Counted from the stretch's first letter, positions 36,436 to 46,629 are shown. The stretch is 64,000 nt of DNA from Actinomycetota bacterium (GCA_005883995.1 VAXB01000015.1:69-64068), one strand, 5' to 3'. Notes: generated by a model not told the origin, from the sequence alone. Made by a program: numbers and translations.

Positions 36436-37365
36436 GTGTCCCGTTTCGCTACGTCCGTCGAGACGCCGCGCGCCTGGGTGCTCGCGCCGGCGCAGTTCTT
36501 CGTCCTGGCTGCGGCGAACCTGTTCGGCTTGTGGGCGATCCTCGGCACCGGCGCAGCCGTGCGCCTGACGGACTCGGGTCTCGGCTGCCGCCACTGGCCC
36601 GGGTGCGAGAAGGGTCATCCGCTGCCTGCCAAGGGTTACCACTCGTACGTCGAGTTCGGGAACCGGATGGTCGGAGGCGTCGTGATCGCGATCACGCTGC
36701 TCACGTGGCTCGGCGCATGGCGCACGCCGGCGTTGCCGCGCTGGGCCGTCCGCCTTGCACTCGCGCTCTTCATCGGAGCGCTCGCGCAGGCGCCGCTCGG
36801 CTACCTGGCGGTGCGGAGCGACCTGCGCTGGCCGGTCGTGATGTCGCACCTGCTGCTGTCGATGCTCCTCGTCGCGGGCGCCGTTGTCCTCGTGCTCGAG
36901 GCTCGCGGTTCCAGCGAAGGCCACGTCCCTCCGCTCGTTCCGCGCGAGCTCCGTCGGCTCGCTGCCGTTTTCGTCGGTGCTTGCTTCCTGCTCGTCGTCA
37001 GCGGCACGTTCGCGACTGCGGCGGGGCCACACTCCGGCGGCGGCAAGCACATCGACCGCTTCGCGTCGCTGAAGCCGACCGTCTACGTCCATGCAGTCGT
37101 CGTTGCGATCTTCCTCGGCGCGTTCGTGTTCAGCCTCGGGTACCTGGCGGCCAGGCGGGAGCGCTCGCCGCGGCTGTTCATGCTGGCGGTCGGCGTGCTC
37201 GCGCTCCTGTTCGTGCAGATGGGCGTCGGCGAGCTGCAATGGCGGACGCACTTGCCGTGGGGCGTCGTGCTCGTGCACGTGATCCTCGCCGGCACCCTCT
37301 GGGCGGCAACCGTTGCGCTCGCGACGCTGTTCTGGCGGCCGCTTAGGTCGTTCGCGCCCGCGTAG
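36436..37365 (+). CDS. ctaA: Heme A synthase (COX15/CtaA family)
   Basis: Multi-TM protein with RLTDSGLGC..WPGC and conserved His residues in TM helices. Confidence 0.8.
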   Translation: MSRFATSVETPRAWVLAPAQFFVLAAANLFGLWAILGTGAAVRLTDSGLGCRHWPGCEKGHPLPAKGYHSYVEFGNRMVGGVVIAITLLTWLGAWRTPALPRWAVRLALALFIGALAQAPLGYLAVRSDLRWPVVMSHLLLSMLLVAGAVVLVLEARGSSEGHVPPLVPRELRRLAAVFVGACFLLVVSGTFATAAGPHSGGGKHIDRFASLKPTVYVHAVVVAIFLGAFVFSLGYLAARRERSPRLFMLAVGVLALLFVQMGVGELQWRTHLPWGVVLVHVILAGTLWAATVALATLFWRPLRSFAPA

Positions 37366-37374
37366 GATTTGGCG

Positions 37375-38268
37375 ATGGCCGACGAGCTCAACCTCACCAC
37401 CCGCCCGAGTCTCCGCGACCCCGTGCTGATCACGGCGTTCCGCGGCTGGAACGACGGAGGCCAGGGCGCGTCGCTCGCCGGCGGCTATCTGGCGAAGACG
37501 TGGGCCGCGGCGCGCTTCGCCGAGATCGAGCCGGAGGGATTCTTCGACTTCCAGGCGACCCGACCGCATGTGTCGCTCGTCGAGGGCCAGACGCGGCGCG
37601 TCGAGTGGCCGGACAACGCCTTCTACCACGCCCATATCCCCGGGCTGCAGCGCGACGCCGTGCTGATGCTCGGCATCGAGCCGAACGTCCGCTGGAAGAC
37701 CTTCACCGGGCTCGTGACCGGGCTCGCGGAGGAGCTCGGCGTCGGCCTTGTGGTCACGCTCGGTTCGCTGCTCGCCGACGTGCCGCACACGCGCCCGTCG
37801 CCGGTGACCGGCGGCGCGACGGACCCCGAGCTGATCGAGGAGCTCGGGCTCCAGCGGTCGCGGTACGAGGGGCCAACCGGGATCGTCGGCGTCCTGCATG
37901 ACGCGTGCGCGCGCTCAGGCATGCCGTCGATCAGCCTGTGGGCAGCAGTGCCGCATTACGTGTCGCTCGCGCCGAGCCCGCGCGCCGCGCTCGCGCTCTG
38001 CCAGAGACTCGGCGAGATCCTCGGAACCGAGATCGAGACGCAGGAGCTCGACGAGGCGTCGGAGCGCTACGCGGAACAGGTGAGCGAGGCCGTCGCCTCC
38101 GACGACGAGACTGCCGCCTACGTCGCGGAGCTGGAGCAGCGGGCGGAGTTGATCGACGACGAGCAGGACCTGCCGTCGGGCGACTCGCTTGCCGCCGAGC
38201 TCACGCGCTTCCTGCGCGAGCGAGAGGCGGACAAGGATCCGCCCGACGCGCCGTCGGAACAGCCCTGA
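37375..38268 (+). CDS. PAC2-family (proteasome assembly chaperone 2-like) protein
   Basis: LITAFRGWNDGGQ and GPTGIVGVL motifs with an acidic C-terminal tail. Start ATG 37375 or TTG 37369. Confidence 0.75.
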   Translation: MADELNLTTRPSLRDPVLITAFRGWNDGGQGASLAGGYLAKTWAAARFAEIEPEGFFDFQATRPHVSLVEGQTRRVEWPDNAFYHAHIPGLQRDAVLMLGIEPNVRWKTFTGLVTGLAEELGVGLVVTLGSLLADVPHTRPSPVTGGATDPELIEELGLQRSRYEGPTGIVGVLHDACARSGMPSISLWAAVPHYVSLAPSPRAALALCQRLGEILGTEIETQELDEASERYAEQVSEAVASDDETAAYVAELEQRAELIDDEQDLPSGDSLAAELTRFLREREADKDPPDAPSEQP

Positions 38269-38271
38269 GGC

Positions 38272-39957
38272 TTAGCCGAACGTGAAGGCGTACGCCTCGA
38301 CGCCGGGCGCGACCTTCAGCTGGAGCACGCCGTCGCGCAAGCTCGGCGACGACACGAGCGTGTAGAGCCGAGGGCCGTCGACGCGGGCCGCGCCGCGCGG
38401 TCGCCCGTCGACGAAGACGTGGACAAAACCGTGGCCGCCGAGCACGAGGTGCACCTTCCGCGCGTGGAAATGCAGCTTGATTCGCGCGCCGGAGCCGGCC
38501 ACGATCCGCTCACTTTCGACCTTCCATTGGCCGCCGTAGGCGAAGTGGTCGCGCGCGAGCGTCGCCGGCGCCGTGTAGGTCGTCTCGGCGTCGGCGCGCA
38601 GCCGCGTTCCCGAATAGCGATCGATCCGTGAATACCCGAGGTACGTCTCCGGCGTGATGTCGCCGGTCGGGGTCGTGTCCCGCTCCGGCTTCGCGATCGG
38701 GAGCGACGATTGTCCGCCGGCACGGAGCAGCAGCCGGATGTCGTTCTCGGTCGCGCCGTACTCGCCCTCGCCGAAGTGGATGTGCCGCACGTGCCCGTTC
38801 TGGTCGATCAGGTACTCGGCCGGCCAATACTGGTTCTGGTACGCGTTCCACGTCTTGTAGCCGTTGTCGATCGCGACGGGATAGCGGACGCCGAGCCGCG
38901 CGACTGCGTCGCGGACGTTCGCGGCGTCGTGCTCGAAGTCGAACTCCGGCGTGTGGACTCCGACGATGACGAGGCCCTTGGCGCGGTACAGCCGGTTCCA
39001 CTCCTCGAGGTGCGGAAGCGTCCGGAGACAGTTGATGCACGAGTACGTCCAGAAGTCGACGAGCACGACCTTCCCGTGCAGCGCGCCGAGCGACAGGCCG
39101 GGCGTGTTCACCCAGCTCGAGATGCCCTGGAAATCCGGAGCGGCGCCGTAGTCGGTCAGCGGGACCTTCAGGCGCGCCGGCGCGACGGCGAGGCTCGGGT
39201 TCGCGAACTTCGACGCTGCGCTCTTCGTGCTGCGATCCCCCTCGCGGAGCTGCGCAAGCTCGCGCTTGACCGAGTGATTTCCCTCGACGAGGTCCTGCGC
39301 CCATTTGACGTACCCGGGCACGGCCGTCTGGACACGGGCCGCCCAGCCGTTGTAAAGCACGACCGCCATCAGCGCTACGACGACGCCGGCCGCGATGCGG
39401 ATCGTCTGTCCGTTGGCGCGGAGCGAGGCCGCCGCGCGCCGGCTCCCGGTCGCGATCGCGAGCAGCGGCGCTGCGAGCCCGATCGAGAAGACGAGCACGA
39501 GGAGGACGACGTCGAAGCTCGACCGGTGTGCGCCGACCAGCGGGATCAGGGTGCCGAGGATCGGACCGGTACAGGGAACGAACACCAGGCCGAGGCTTGC
39601 GCCGAGCAGCAGGCCGCCTCCCGCGTCGCCGACGCGGCGTCTCGTGAGGAAGAGGAACGGCCGCTCGAGCACCTCACCGATCCTCGGCACGATCAGCGTC
39701 AACGCGAGCAGCAGGAGGAGGGCGGCGCCGATCTTCAGCTGGTACTTCGGGTCGATCCCGAGCAGCCCCCAGAGCCACGCGCCCGCGAGCAGGAAGGCGG
39801 CGAAGGTCGCGACCAGGCCGGCGACGATCGCGTAGGGCCGCCGACGCGTCCCGGCCGCGCCGCCTCCGGCCAGGACGATCGGCAGGACCGGGAGCACGCA
39901 CGGGCTGACGGCGACGATGACGCCGGCAACGAACGCAGCGGGAATCAGAATCGCCAT
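38272..39957 (-). CDS. dipZ: Cytochrome c biogenesis / thiol-disulfide interchange protein DipZ-like (CcdA membrane domain + thioredoxin domain)
   Basis: The N-terminal CcdA-like domain has SPCVLP and VPCTGP motifs. The central thioredoxin-like domain has FWTYSCINC. Confidence 0.85.
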   Translation of the reverse strand: MAILIPAAFVAGVIVAVSPCVLPVLPIVLAGGGAAGTRRRPYAIVAGLVATFAAFLLAGAWLWGLLGIDPKYQLKIGAALLLLLALTLIVPRIGEVLERPFLFLTRRRVGDAGGGLLLGASLGLVFVPCTGPILGTLIPLVGAHRSSFDVVLLVLVFSIGLAAPLLAIATGSRRAAASLRANGQTIRIAAGVVVALMAVVLYNGWAARVQTAVPGYVKWAQDLVEGNHSVKRELAQLREGDRSTKSAASKFANPSLAVAPARLKVPLTDYGAAPDFQGISSWVNTPGLSLGALHGKVVLVDFWTYSCINCLRTLPHLEEWNRLYRAKGLVIVGVHTPEFDFEHDAANVRDAVARLGVRYPVAIDNGYKTWNAYQNQYWPAEYLIDQNGHVRHIHFGEGEYGATENDIRLLLRAGGQSSLPIAKPERDTTPTGDITPETYLGYSRIDRYSGTRLRADAETTYTAPATLARDHFAYGGQWKVESERIVAGSGARIKLHFHARKVHLVLGGHGFVHVFVDGRPRGAARVDGPRLYTLVSSPSLRDGVLQLKVAPGVEAYAFTFG

Positions 39958-39993
39958 CTGACTGTCCTACCAGTCTGACGACGAGATGGATCG

Positions 39994-42609
39994 TTACAGG
40001 GCGTCAGCCGCGGGCTCGGGCGCGGGATCGGGCGTGCCCTCGTTCGCGACTCCGGCCGAAGATGCCTCGGCGGGCTTCGGCTTCCGACGCCGGCGCCGCT
40101 TCTTCGGGGCCGTCCCGTTGCCGTCGGTCGCCGCCGGCGCGGCCTCCGCGGCCGCCGCCTCGGCGCCGTTCCGGCTCTGCGTCTGTTCGGCCGTCTGCGC
40201 CTCGACGCCCGTCTTCTTCTTCTTGCGCCGCTTGCGCCGGCGCGAGCGGCCGGAGGTCAGCTTCGGCGGCGGGAGGTTCTCGGCAAGTGCTTCCGCGACC
40301 TCGTGGATCGACGCCAGCTTCTCGCGCGCCGCCTCGATCAGCTGCGTCGCGCGCGGCGTGTAGCCCTCGGCCGAGGCCAGCAGCGCGACGCCGACGGGGA
40401 GCGGGAGCTCGCGGGCCGCGTTGACGAGCTTGGCCGCGTTCTCCTCGTGGCGATGCCCACGCGAGTTGGCGAGCGCGCCGAGCAGCCGCTTCGCCTCCGG
40501 GAACTCGCTGCTCGCGCGGCGGTCCTGCACCTTGCGCGACGCGCGGGCGAGCCGCCACGTCCAGCGTGCGAGGATCTGCTCCGGCGCGTCGACCTTCTGC
40601 TCGGCGACGGCGCGCAGCAGGAGACGGATGCCGCTCATCCGATCCTTCTCCCAGGTCGGCGCCTGCGTGACGAGCGTGACGAGGTCGTCGAAATCGGCGC
40701 GCTCGACCATCATCGAGACGCGGTCGGAGAGCGCGATCATCCTGAGCCGCCGGTTCGGGTTCTCGGCAGCGCACGTCGCCAGGAACTGCTCCAGCGTCGA
40801 TTTCTCGGCGCCGCGGGCAGTCAGCTTCTCCACGAACGCGACGCGCTCGTCGAAGCGGATCTGGCGTCCGGCGATCGCCGCCCAGTACCGTTGCTCGTCC
40901 ACGTCGAGGTACTTCGGATCGACGCGCTGCCATTCGCGTGTGATCACGTTCAGCCGCCTGCGCGCGTCGGGAGTGACCGGGACGAGCCACGGTGCGGGCG
41001 TGAGCCGGCGGCGCGCACGGCGCTGCATGCGGCGTCGCGGTGCGGGCGTGACGCGTGCGCCCTCGCGGTAGAAGTCTGCGTCGAGCAGCGAGTGCAGCGA
41101 GACCACGCGCTCGTTGTGCGTCGCGGCCTTCGGGACGAAGTCGACGACGATCCCGGCTTCCTTGCGCGGGTGCATGCGCATGATGCGACCGATTCGCTGC
41201 TGGTACACGCGGCGTGACGCCGTCGGCGCGAGGTGCATGCACACGGTCGCGCGCGGCGAGTTCCAACCTTCTGCGAGCAGCATCGCGTTGATCAGGACAT
41301 TGATCTGGCCGCGTTCGTACGCTGCGAGCGTCTCCGCGAGCTTCACCGGCGGCGTGCGGCCGGAAACCGCTTCCGCCTTGAGGCCCGCCGCGCGGAATTC
41401 CTTCGCAAGGTTGTAGGCGTGGTCGACGCCGGCGGCGTAGACGATTCCGGGCGTGTCCTCGAACCGGTCCCGGTAGAGCGACGCGGCAGCCTGGTTGAGC
41501 GCCTGGTGGTCGAGTGTCTTGGCGAGGATCTCCTGGTCGAAGTCGCCGCCGACGATCGGCACCTGGTTGATCGCGGCGACCGGCGGGACGCGCAGACATC
41601 GCAGCGGCGCGATCAAGCCGCGGCGCGCGGCGTCCTGCAACGGCAGGTCGTCGACCGACGCGGGGAACACGTCCGACACCTGCTTCGCGATCAGTTGCTC
41701 CGTCGCGGTCATCCCGATGTAGATCGGCTCCGGGAACGAGCGGATCGCGCTCGACGTCTTCTCCCCGAGCGCCGTGTGCGCCTCGTCGCAGATCACGAGC
41801 TGGTACGCGTCCCGCGAGATGTCCTGTTGATGGCGCGCGAACCACGCGTACGTCTGGATCGTCAGCGGGTTCGCGCACTTGGCGCTCTTGTCGCGCTCGA
41901 TCGCAGGCGAGAAGCGGTCGGCGTAGCCCTCGTCGGTGAGGTCTCGCTCGAACTGCGAGACGAGCAGGCGACGATGCGTGAGGATCAGGACGCCGAGCGT
42001 GCGCGCGGCCTCGACGAAGCCCGCAGCCGCGATCGTCTTTCCGGAAGCGGTTGGGTGGCGGAAGCGGTACCTCCGGACTGCGCCGGGGTCCGGGCCGGTC
42101 CAGCCCGTCGGCTCGTCCTCCGGCTCGTCCTCCGGCTCGGCGGGGAGGGCGTCCTCGGCGCTCGCCTCGTCGGCAGGCTCGTCCTCGTCCTCGTCTTCAG
42201 GCACTTCCTCGGCCTGGGCGCCGTTGCCGTTGCCGTTCCCGTTCTGGTGCTCCTCGTTCGCGGCGATCAACTCCGTCAGCATCCCCGCGAGCGCGTCGAC
42301 CTGGTGGCGCCGGAGCTCGGTTCCCGAGGCGAGGTGCGGCGGCTGCTCCCCCAGCACGCGCTCGAGGCCGAGCATCAGGCCGTACCGGACGCGCCACTGT
42401 GGCGAGGGCGCCCGCAGCCCGCCCTCGATCTCGCCCAGCGCGTCGTCGAGTGCCCGGCGCCGGGATGTGCCGGGCGCGAGTGCCTGCGCCGGGTCTTCGC
42501 CTTCCCGCAGGAACGGCTCTCCGGCCCAGGCTTCGGCTCGGAGGGCGGCGGCCGCGAGGCCATCCGTCGCCTCCGACGCTGTCGTCGGAATTTCGGTCGT
42601 CTCTTGCAT
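39994..42609 (-). CDS. SF2 DEAH-box helicase (type III restriction Res-like core) with long C-terminal extension and Lys/Arg-rich tail
   Basis: Walker A TASGKT, DEAH (VICDEAH), MTAT, and QRIGRIMR (motif VI). The C-terminus has SRRRKRRKKKKT and KKRRRRRKPKP. Confidence 0.8.
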   Translation of the reverse strand: MQETTEIPTTASEATDGLAAAALRAEAWAGEPFLREGEDPAQALAPGTSRRRALDDALGEIEGGLRAPSPQWRVRYGLMLGLERVLGEQPPHLASGTELRRHQVDALAGMLTELIAANEEHQNGNGNGNGAQAEEVPEDEDEDEPADEASAEDALPAEPEDEPEDEPTGWTGPDPGAVRRYRFRHPTASGKTIAAAGFVEAARTLGVLILTHRRLLVSQFERDLTDEGYADRFSPAIERDKSAKCANPLTIQTYAWFARHQQDISRDAYQLVICDEAHTALGEKTSSAIRSFPEPIYIGMTATEQLIAKQVSDVFPASVDDLPLQDAARRGLIAPLRCLRVPPVAAINQVPIVGGDFDQEILAKTLDHQALNQAAASLYRDRFEDTPGIVYAAGVDHAYNLAKEFRAAGLKAEAVSGRTPPVKLAETLAAYERGQINVLINAMLLAEGWNSPRATVCMHLAPTASRRVYQQRIGRIMRMHPRKEAGIVVDFVPKAATHNERVVSLHSLLDADFYREGARVTPAPRRRMQRRARRRLTPAPWLVPVTPDARRRLNVITREWQRVDPKYLDVDEQRYWAAIAGRQIRFDERVAFVEKLTARGAEKSTLEQFLATCAAENPNRRLRMIALSDRVSMMVERADFDDLVTLVTQAPTWEKDRMSGIRLLLRAVAEQKVDAPEQILARWTWRLARASRKVQDRRASSEFPEAKRLLGALANSRGHRHEENAAKLVNAARELPLPVGVALLASAEGYTPRATQLIEAAREKLASIHEVAEALAENLPPPKLTSGRSRRRKRRKKKKTGVEAQTAEQTQSRNGAEAAAAEAAPAATDGNGTAPKKRRRRRKPKPAEASSAGVANEGTPDPAPEPAADAL

Positions 42610-42699
42610 GCGTGCAGCGCTTCGCGCGCTGCCAAGCCACCAACAAAGGGCTAGCTCGCGGAACCCCTAGGCGAGCTGCGATAACAGTATAGCCGGGGC

Positions 42700-43287
42700 T
42701 TAGGTTCCCAATCCTCCGAAGACGGCAAACGGATTCTGCGGCTGGACCTCGTAGACCAGCTCCCCGCCGGGCTCGACCTCCCCATGGATGCGCGTGGCGA
42801 GGGCCGTGGCATCCTCGCGGGTCTCCGTCCCGGCGAACACGTAGGTATAGGTGCGCGAGACGCCGTAGCCCTCCGCGCGAAGCTCGTCCGCGAGGTCTCG
42901 CGCCTCCGCAGCGGTCTTGCATTCGACGCGCACTTCCCACGGCGCGTAGCCGCGCTGCAGGAGGTCTTCCTCGATGTCCGGCTGGGCGGCGTCGTCGTCC
43001 CACCGTTCCTCCTCGGCCAGCCACCGCTCGGTGACGAACCGCGTCGGCGTCCAGCCGGCGTCCTGGAGCTCCTGCTCGATGATCCTCGAGGCCTGCTCCG
43101 CCTGCACCCCGGAGGCTGCATAGACGAAGACCGTGTCGTCGTCGTGCGAGACGGCGAGCCGGTGCTCGCGGAGCTCGTCCGCCAACTCGTCGGCGTCGCG
43201 CCGAGCGAGCCCGAGCCGCTCGAGCACTCCGCGCGCTCCCTCCTCGTCCGGCAGCTCGATCCGGATGCGCCAGTCGTCGGTTGCCAC
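42700..43287 (-). CDS. Acidic hypothetical protein with internal duplication
   Basis: Two similar modules (LADELREHRLAVSHDDDTVFVYA.. and LADELRAEGYGVSRTYTYVFAG..). High GC3. No family recognised. Confidence 0.55.
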   Translation of the reverse strand: MATDDWRIRIELPDEEGARGVLERLGLARRDADELADELREHRLAVSHDDDTVFVYAASGVQAEQASRIIEQELQDAGWTPTRFVTERWLAEEERWDDDAAQPDIEEDLLQRGYAPWEVRVECKTAAEARDLADELRAEGYGVSRTYTYVFAGTETREDATALATRIHGEVEPGGELVYEVQPQNPFAVFGGLGT

Positions 43288-43355
43288 GCGCCCAGCCTAC
43301 GCGAGCCCGTGGAAAGATCGTGACGCTTCCGGCATGGCTCGACTGTCCAGAACCT

Positions 43356-43508
43356 CCAGGTCCAGGGTCAGACCCTGGCCGTGGGTGTTCGGGCCAGGTC
43401 CGGCTCCACGCCGCTCCAGGAGCCGGTCCGTCGGCGCCCGGGTGGACCGGGAGCCACGTCGGTTCCAGCCAGGTCCGGGGTCAGACCCGGGCCGTGGCCG
43501 TTCGGGGC
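43356..43508. repeat. Direct repeats (about 40 bp, 113 bp apart) containing the GGGTCAGACCC palindrome
   Basis: CCAGGTCCAGGGTCAGACCCTGGCCGTGGGTGTTCGGGC at 43356 and CCAGGTCCGGGGTCAGACCCGGGCCGTGGCCGTTCGGGG at 43469. The second copy overlaps the fadB-like 3' end. Confidence 0.7.
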
Positions 43509-45442
43509 ATGTCGGAGAAGGGATGGCCGAGGAGGCGTTGGCTCAGGCCGACCTGGTCGAGGTGCTTCGTGATCCCGCCGAGGAAGAACGGCCAGCCGGC
43601 GCCGAGGAGGAGGCACGTGTCGACATCGGCGGCTTCCGGGACGACGCCCTCCTCGAGCAGCCGGTGGATCTCGTCGGCGACCGCTTCCAGCACCCGCTCG
43701 ACGACCTGTTCCCGCGTCCAGGGGTTGGACTCGACCACCACGACCTCGTCGACGCCGGCTGCGTAGTTCGCGAGCGTCGGAGAGAGCGGGAAACGTTCGG
43801 GAAATGCGTCGTGCATCGTCTCGAGCACGTGGTTCGCGACGCGAGGGCCGACCATAGCCAGCAACACCGACGGCGCCATCGGCATCCCGAGCGACATCAC
43901 CGCCTCGTCGACCTCCTCGACCGGCGTGCCGTGCTCGACGGCGTCCATGATCACGCGCGTCATGCGCGTCAGCACGCGGTTGACGACGAAGCCCGGCGCA
44001 TCGCCGACGAGCACCGGCCGCTTCCGCAGCTTCGCGCCGACGTCGTAAGCGGTCACGAGTGTCTCCTCGTCCGTTTCGCGCGGGCGCACGAGTTCGAGCA
44101 GCGGCATCAGCGCGACGGGGTTGAAGAAATGCATCCCGACGACGCGCCGCGGTGCGCGCAGGTCGGCGGCCATCTCGGTCACCGATAGCGACGACGTGTT
44201 CGTCGCGAGCACGCAATCGGCGCGCACGACACGCTCGAGCTCGGCGAACACGTCCTTCTTCACGTCGAGCTCCTCGAACACCGCCTCGAGCACGAGGTCG
44301 CAGTCGGCGAACCCGCCATAGTCGGTCCCGCCGGAGACGATCGACGCGAGGAACCGAGCCTTCCCCTCGTCCTTGCGCTTCCCGGCCTCCGCGCCGATCT
44401 CGACGACGGCCTCGTCGACGATCTCCTGCTTCACGTCGCGCAGCACGATCGGAACCTCGAGCCGGCGCAGGAAGAGCGTCGCGATCTGCCGCGCCATCAA
44501 CCCCGCGCCGACGACGCCGATCTTTGCGACCTTGCGCGGCTCGCCCGCCGGGCGCATTCGCTTCGCGCGCTGCTCGACGAGGTGGAACGCGTAGATCGAC
44601 GCTTGCGCCTGCGCGCCCGGCAGCAAATCGGCGATCGCTTCCTCCTCGCGTGCGTATCCCTCTTCGACGCTCCACGACTGCGCGCCGGCAATCAGGTCGA
44701 GCGCGACGTACGGCGCGGGCGTCGCGCCGTGGACCTGGTCGTCGACCGCGATTCGCGCGCGGCGCAAGACGGTCTCGGCGTCATTCCAATCCGGTGCGTT
44801 TCGCTCGAGCGGCCGTTCCGCAAGCTCGCGCGCGAACGCGACCGACTCGTCGACGAACTCCGCCGGCGCGAGCAGACGATCGGCGATCCCGAGGGCCGCG
44901 ACCTGCTCCCCCGTCAGCATCCGGTTCTGCCGGAGCGGATTCGCGACGATAACCTTCACAGCTGCGTCGGCGCCGACCAGGCGCGGCAGCAACTGCGTGC
45001 CGCCCCACGCGGGAAAGAGGCCGAGGAAGACCTCCGGCAACGCGAAGTGCCGGACGGTGGGGGAAATCGTGCGCGCGCTGCAATGGAGAGCCAGCTCGAC
45101 GCCGCCGCCGAGACACGCGCCGTTGATCGCCGCGACAGTCGGCATCTCGAGCGCGCGCAGGCGTCCGAACAACTCGTGCCCGGCCCGGCTCCCGTCGCGC
45201 GCACGCGCCGGCGAGATCCCTGGAAACTCGTTGATGTCGGCACCGGCCGCGAAGAAGAACGGCTTCCCGGTGAAAACCGCGGCCGCATAAGCGCCGCGCT
45301 CGAGCTCGTCGAGTGCAGCTTCGAGCGACCGCATCGCCGCCTCGCCGAAGAACGTCGGCTTCTGCCAGTCCTCGCCGTTGTCGATCGTGACGAGCGCGAC
45401 GTCGCCCGCGCGGGCGAGCTTGAACTCAGTGACCGGCGCCAA
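43481..45442 (-). CDS. fadB: Bifunctional enoyl-CoA hydratase / 3-hydroxyacyl-CoA dehydrogenase (FadB-like)
   Basis: N-terminal crotonase fold (FFAAGADI, INGACLGGG), then a GVVGAGLMA Rossmann motif and 3HCDH C-terminal repeats. The TTG start is uncertain. Confidence 0.85.
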   Translation of the reverse strand: MAPVTEFKLARAGDVALVTIDNGEDWQKPTFFGEAAMRSLEAALDELERGAYAAAVFTGKPFFFAAGADINEFPGISPARARDGSRAGHELFGRLRALEMPTVAAINGACLGGGVELALHCSARTISPTVRHFALPEVFLGLFPAWGGTQLLPRLVGADAAVKVIVANPLRQNRMLTGEQVAALGIADRLLAPAEFVDESVAFARELAERPLERNAPDWNDAETVLRRARIAVDDQVHGATPAPYVALDLIAGAQSWSVEEGYAREEEAIADLLPGAQAQASIYAFHLVEQRAKRMRPAGEPRKVAKIGVVGAGLMARQIATLFLRRLEVPIVLRDVKQEIVDEAVVEIGAEAGKRKDEGKARFLASIVSGGTDYGGFADCDLVLEAVFEELDVKKDVFAELERVVRADCVLATNTSSLSVTEMAADLRAPRRVVGMHFFNPVALMPLLELVRPRETDEETLVTAYDVGAKLRKRPVLVGDAPGFVVNRVLTRMTRVIMDAVEHGTPVEEVDEAVMSLGMPMAPSVLLAMVGPRVANHVLETMHDAFPERFPLSPTLANYAAGVDEVVVVESNPWTREQVVERVLEAVADEIHRLLEEGVVPEAADVDTCLLLGAGWPFFLGGITKHLDQVGLSQRLLGHPFSDMPRTATARV

Positions 45443-46619
45443 GGTTCTGCCAGATCACGGCGGCGCCCATGCCCATCCCGATGCAGAGCGCCGTCAGCCC
45501 GTACTCCACGTCGGGGCGCTGCCGGAACCCGTATGCGAGTTGCGCCATCAGCCGCACACCGGTCGCGGCGAGTGGATGGCCGAACGCGATTGCGCCGCCG
45601 TACGGGTTCAGGCGCGGATCCTCCGCGTCGACCCCGACGCCGTCGCACCAGCTGAGCACCTGCACCGCGAACGGCTCGTTCAACTCGAACAGCCCGATTT
45701 CGTCGATCGTCAGGCCTGCCTGCTCCAGCACGCGCTGCGTGGCAGGAATCGGCCCGATCCCCATCAGCTCCGGCTCGACGCCCGCAAACGCGAACGCGAC
45801 GAGCCGCATCGACGGCTGCAGGCCGAGCACGTCGGCCGTCTCCTCAGCAGCGAGGAAGCATGCCGTTGCGCCGTCCGTCAGCCCGGCCGAGTTGCCGGCG
45901 GTGACACGACCACCGGGACGGAACGGCGTCCGAAGATCGGCGAGCGCCTCCATGGTCGTGTCGGGGCGCAGGAACTCGTCATGGTCGGCGGCACGCCAGC
46001 CCTCGTCGGAGAAGACGTTCATCGGCACGACCGTTTCGCGCATCACGCCGTTCGCCCACGCCGCCGCTGCACGCTCCTGCGAGCGCACGGCGAACGCATC
46101 CGCGGCCTCTTTCGTCAGCTGCGGGAAGCGGTCGTGCAGGTTCTCCGCCGTCGCGCCCATCGTCACGGCGGACGGATCGACGAGCCGCTCGGCGACGAAG
46201 CGCGGATTGAAGTCGACCTCGTCGGCCATCGGGTGATGACCCATGTGCTCGACTCCGCCTGCGAGCACGACGTCGGCTGCGCCGAGCGCGATCTCGCCGG
46301 CGCCCGCAGTCACGGCGGTCAACGCGCCGGCGCACATGCGGTCGACGGCAAAGCCGGGCACGGTCTGCGGGATTCCCGCGAGGAGCGCGACGTCGCGGCC
46401 GAGCGTCAACCCCTGATCGCCGACCTGCGCGGTTGCCGCGAAGATCACGTCGCCGATGCGCTCCGGCGGGATTCCCGGATTGCGTCGCAGCAGCTCCCGA
46501 ACGACCTTCACCGCCATGTCGTCTGCGCGCGTGCGCCAGAACATCCCCTTCGGGCCGGCGCGCCCGAACGCGGTGCGCACACCATCGACGAAGACGACTT
46601 CGCGAAGCGCTCGCGACAT
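45426..46619 (-). CDS. fadA: Acetyl-CoA C-acyltransferase (thiolase, FadA-like)
   Basis: Active-site region VDRMCAGALTAV and C-terminal NPYGGAIAFGHP, CIGMGMG. Start ATG 46619. Confidence 0.9.
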   Translation of the reverse strand: MSRALREVVFVDGVRTAFGRAGPKGMFWRTRADDMAVKVVRELLRRNPGIPPERIGDVIFAATAQVGDQGLTLGRDVALLAGIPQTVPGFAVDRMCAGALTAVTAGAGEIALGAADVVLAGGVEHMGHHPMADEVDFNPRFVAERLVDPSAVTMGATAENLHDRFPQLTKEAADAFAVRSQERAAAAWANGVMRETVVPMNVFSDEGWRAADHDEFLRPDTTMEALADLRTPFRPGGRVTAGNSAGLTDGATACFLAAEETADVLGLQPSMRLVAFAFAGVEPELMGIGPIPATQRVLEQAGLTIDEIGLFELNEPFAVQVLSWCDGVGVDAEDPRLNPYGGAIAFGHPLAATGVRLMAQLAYGFRQRPDVEYGLTALCIGMGMGAAVIWQNLGAGH

Positions 46620-46629
46620 CGATTCGAGT

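Noticed and set aside
35806-37899. 697-aa ORF on the - strand, and similar long Arg/Pro/Ala-rich ORFs (3826-5967 +, 6438-8219 +, 9443-11107 -, 31019-32560 -, 38710-39978 +, 41233-42654 +, 45378-46772 +, 49315-50961 +, 53273-54475 -)
   Set aside because: All are antisense to genes with clear family motifs. All have low-complexity Arg/Pro/Gly composition. They are expected by chance in ~70% GC DNA, where stop codons are rare.
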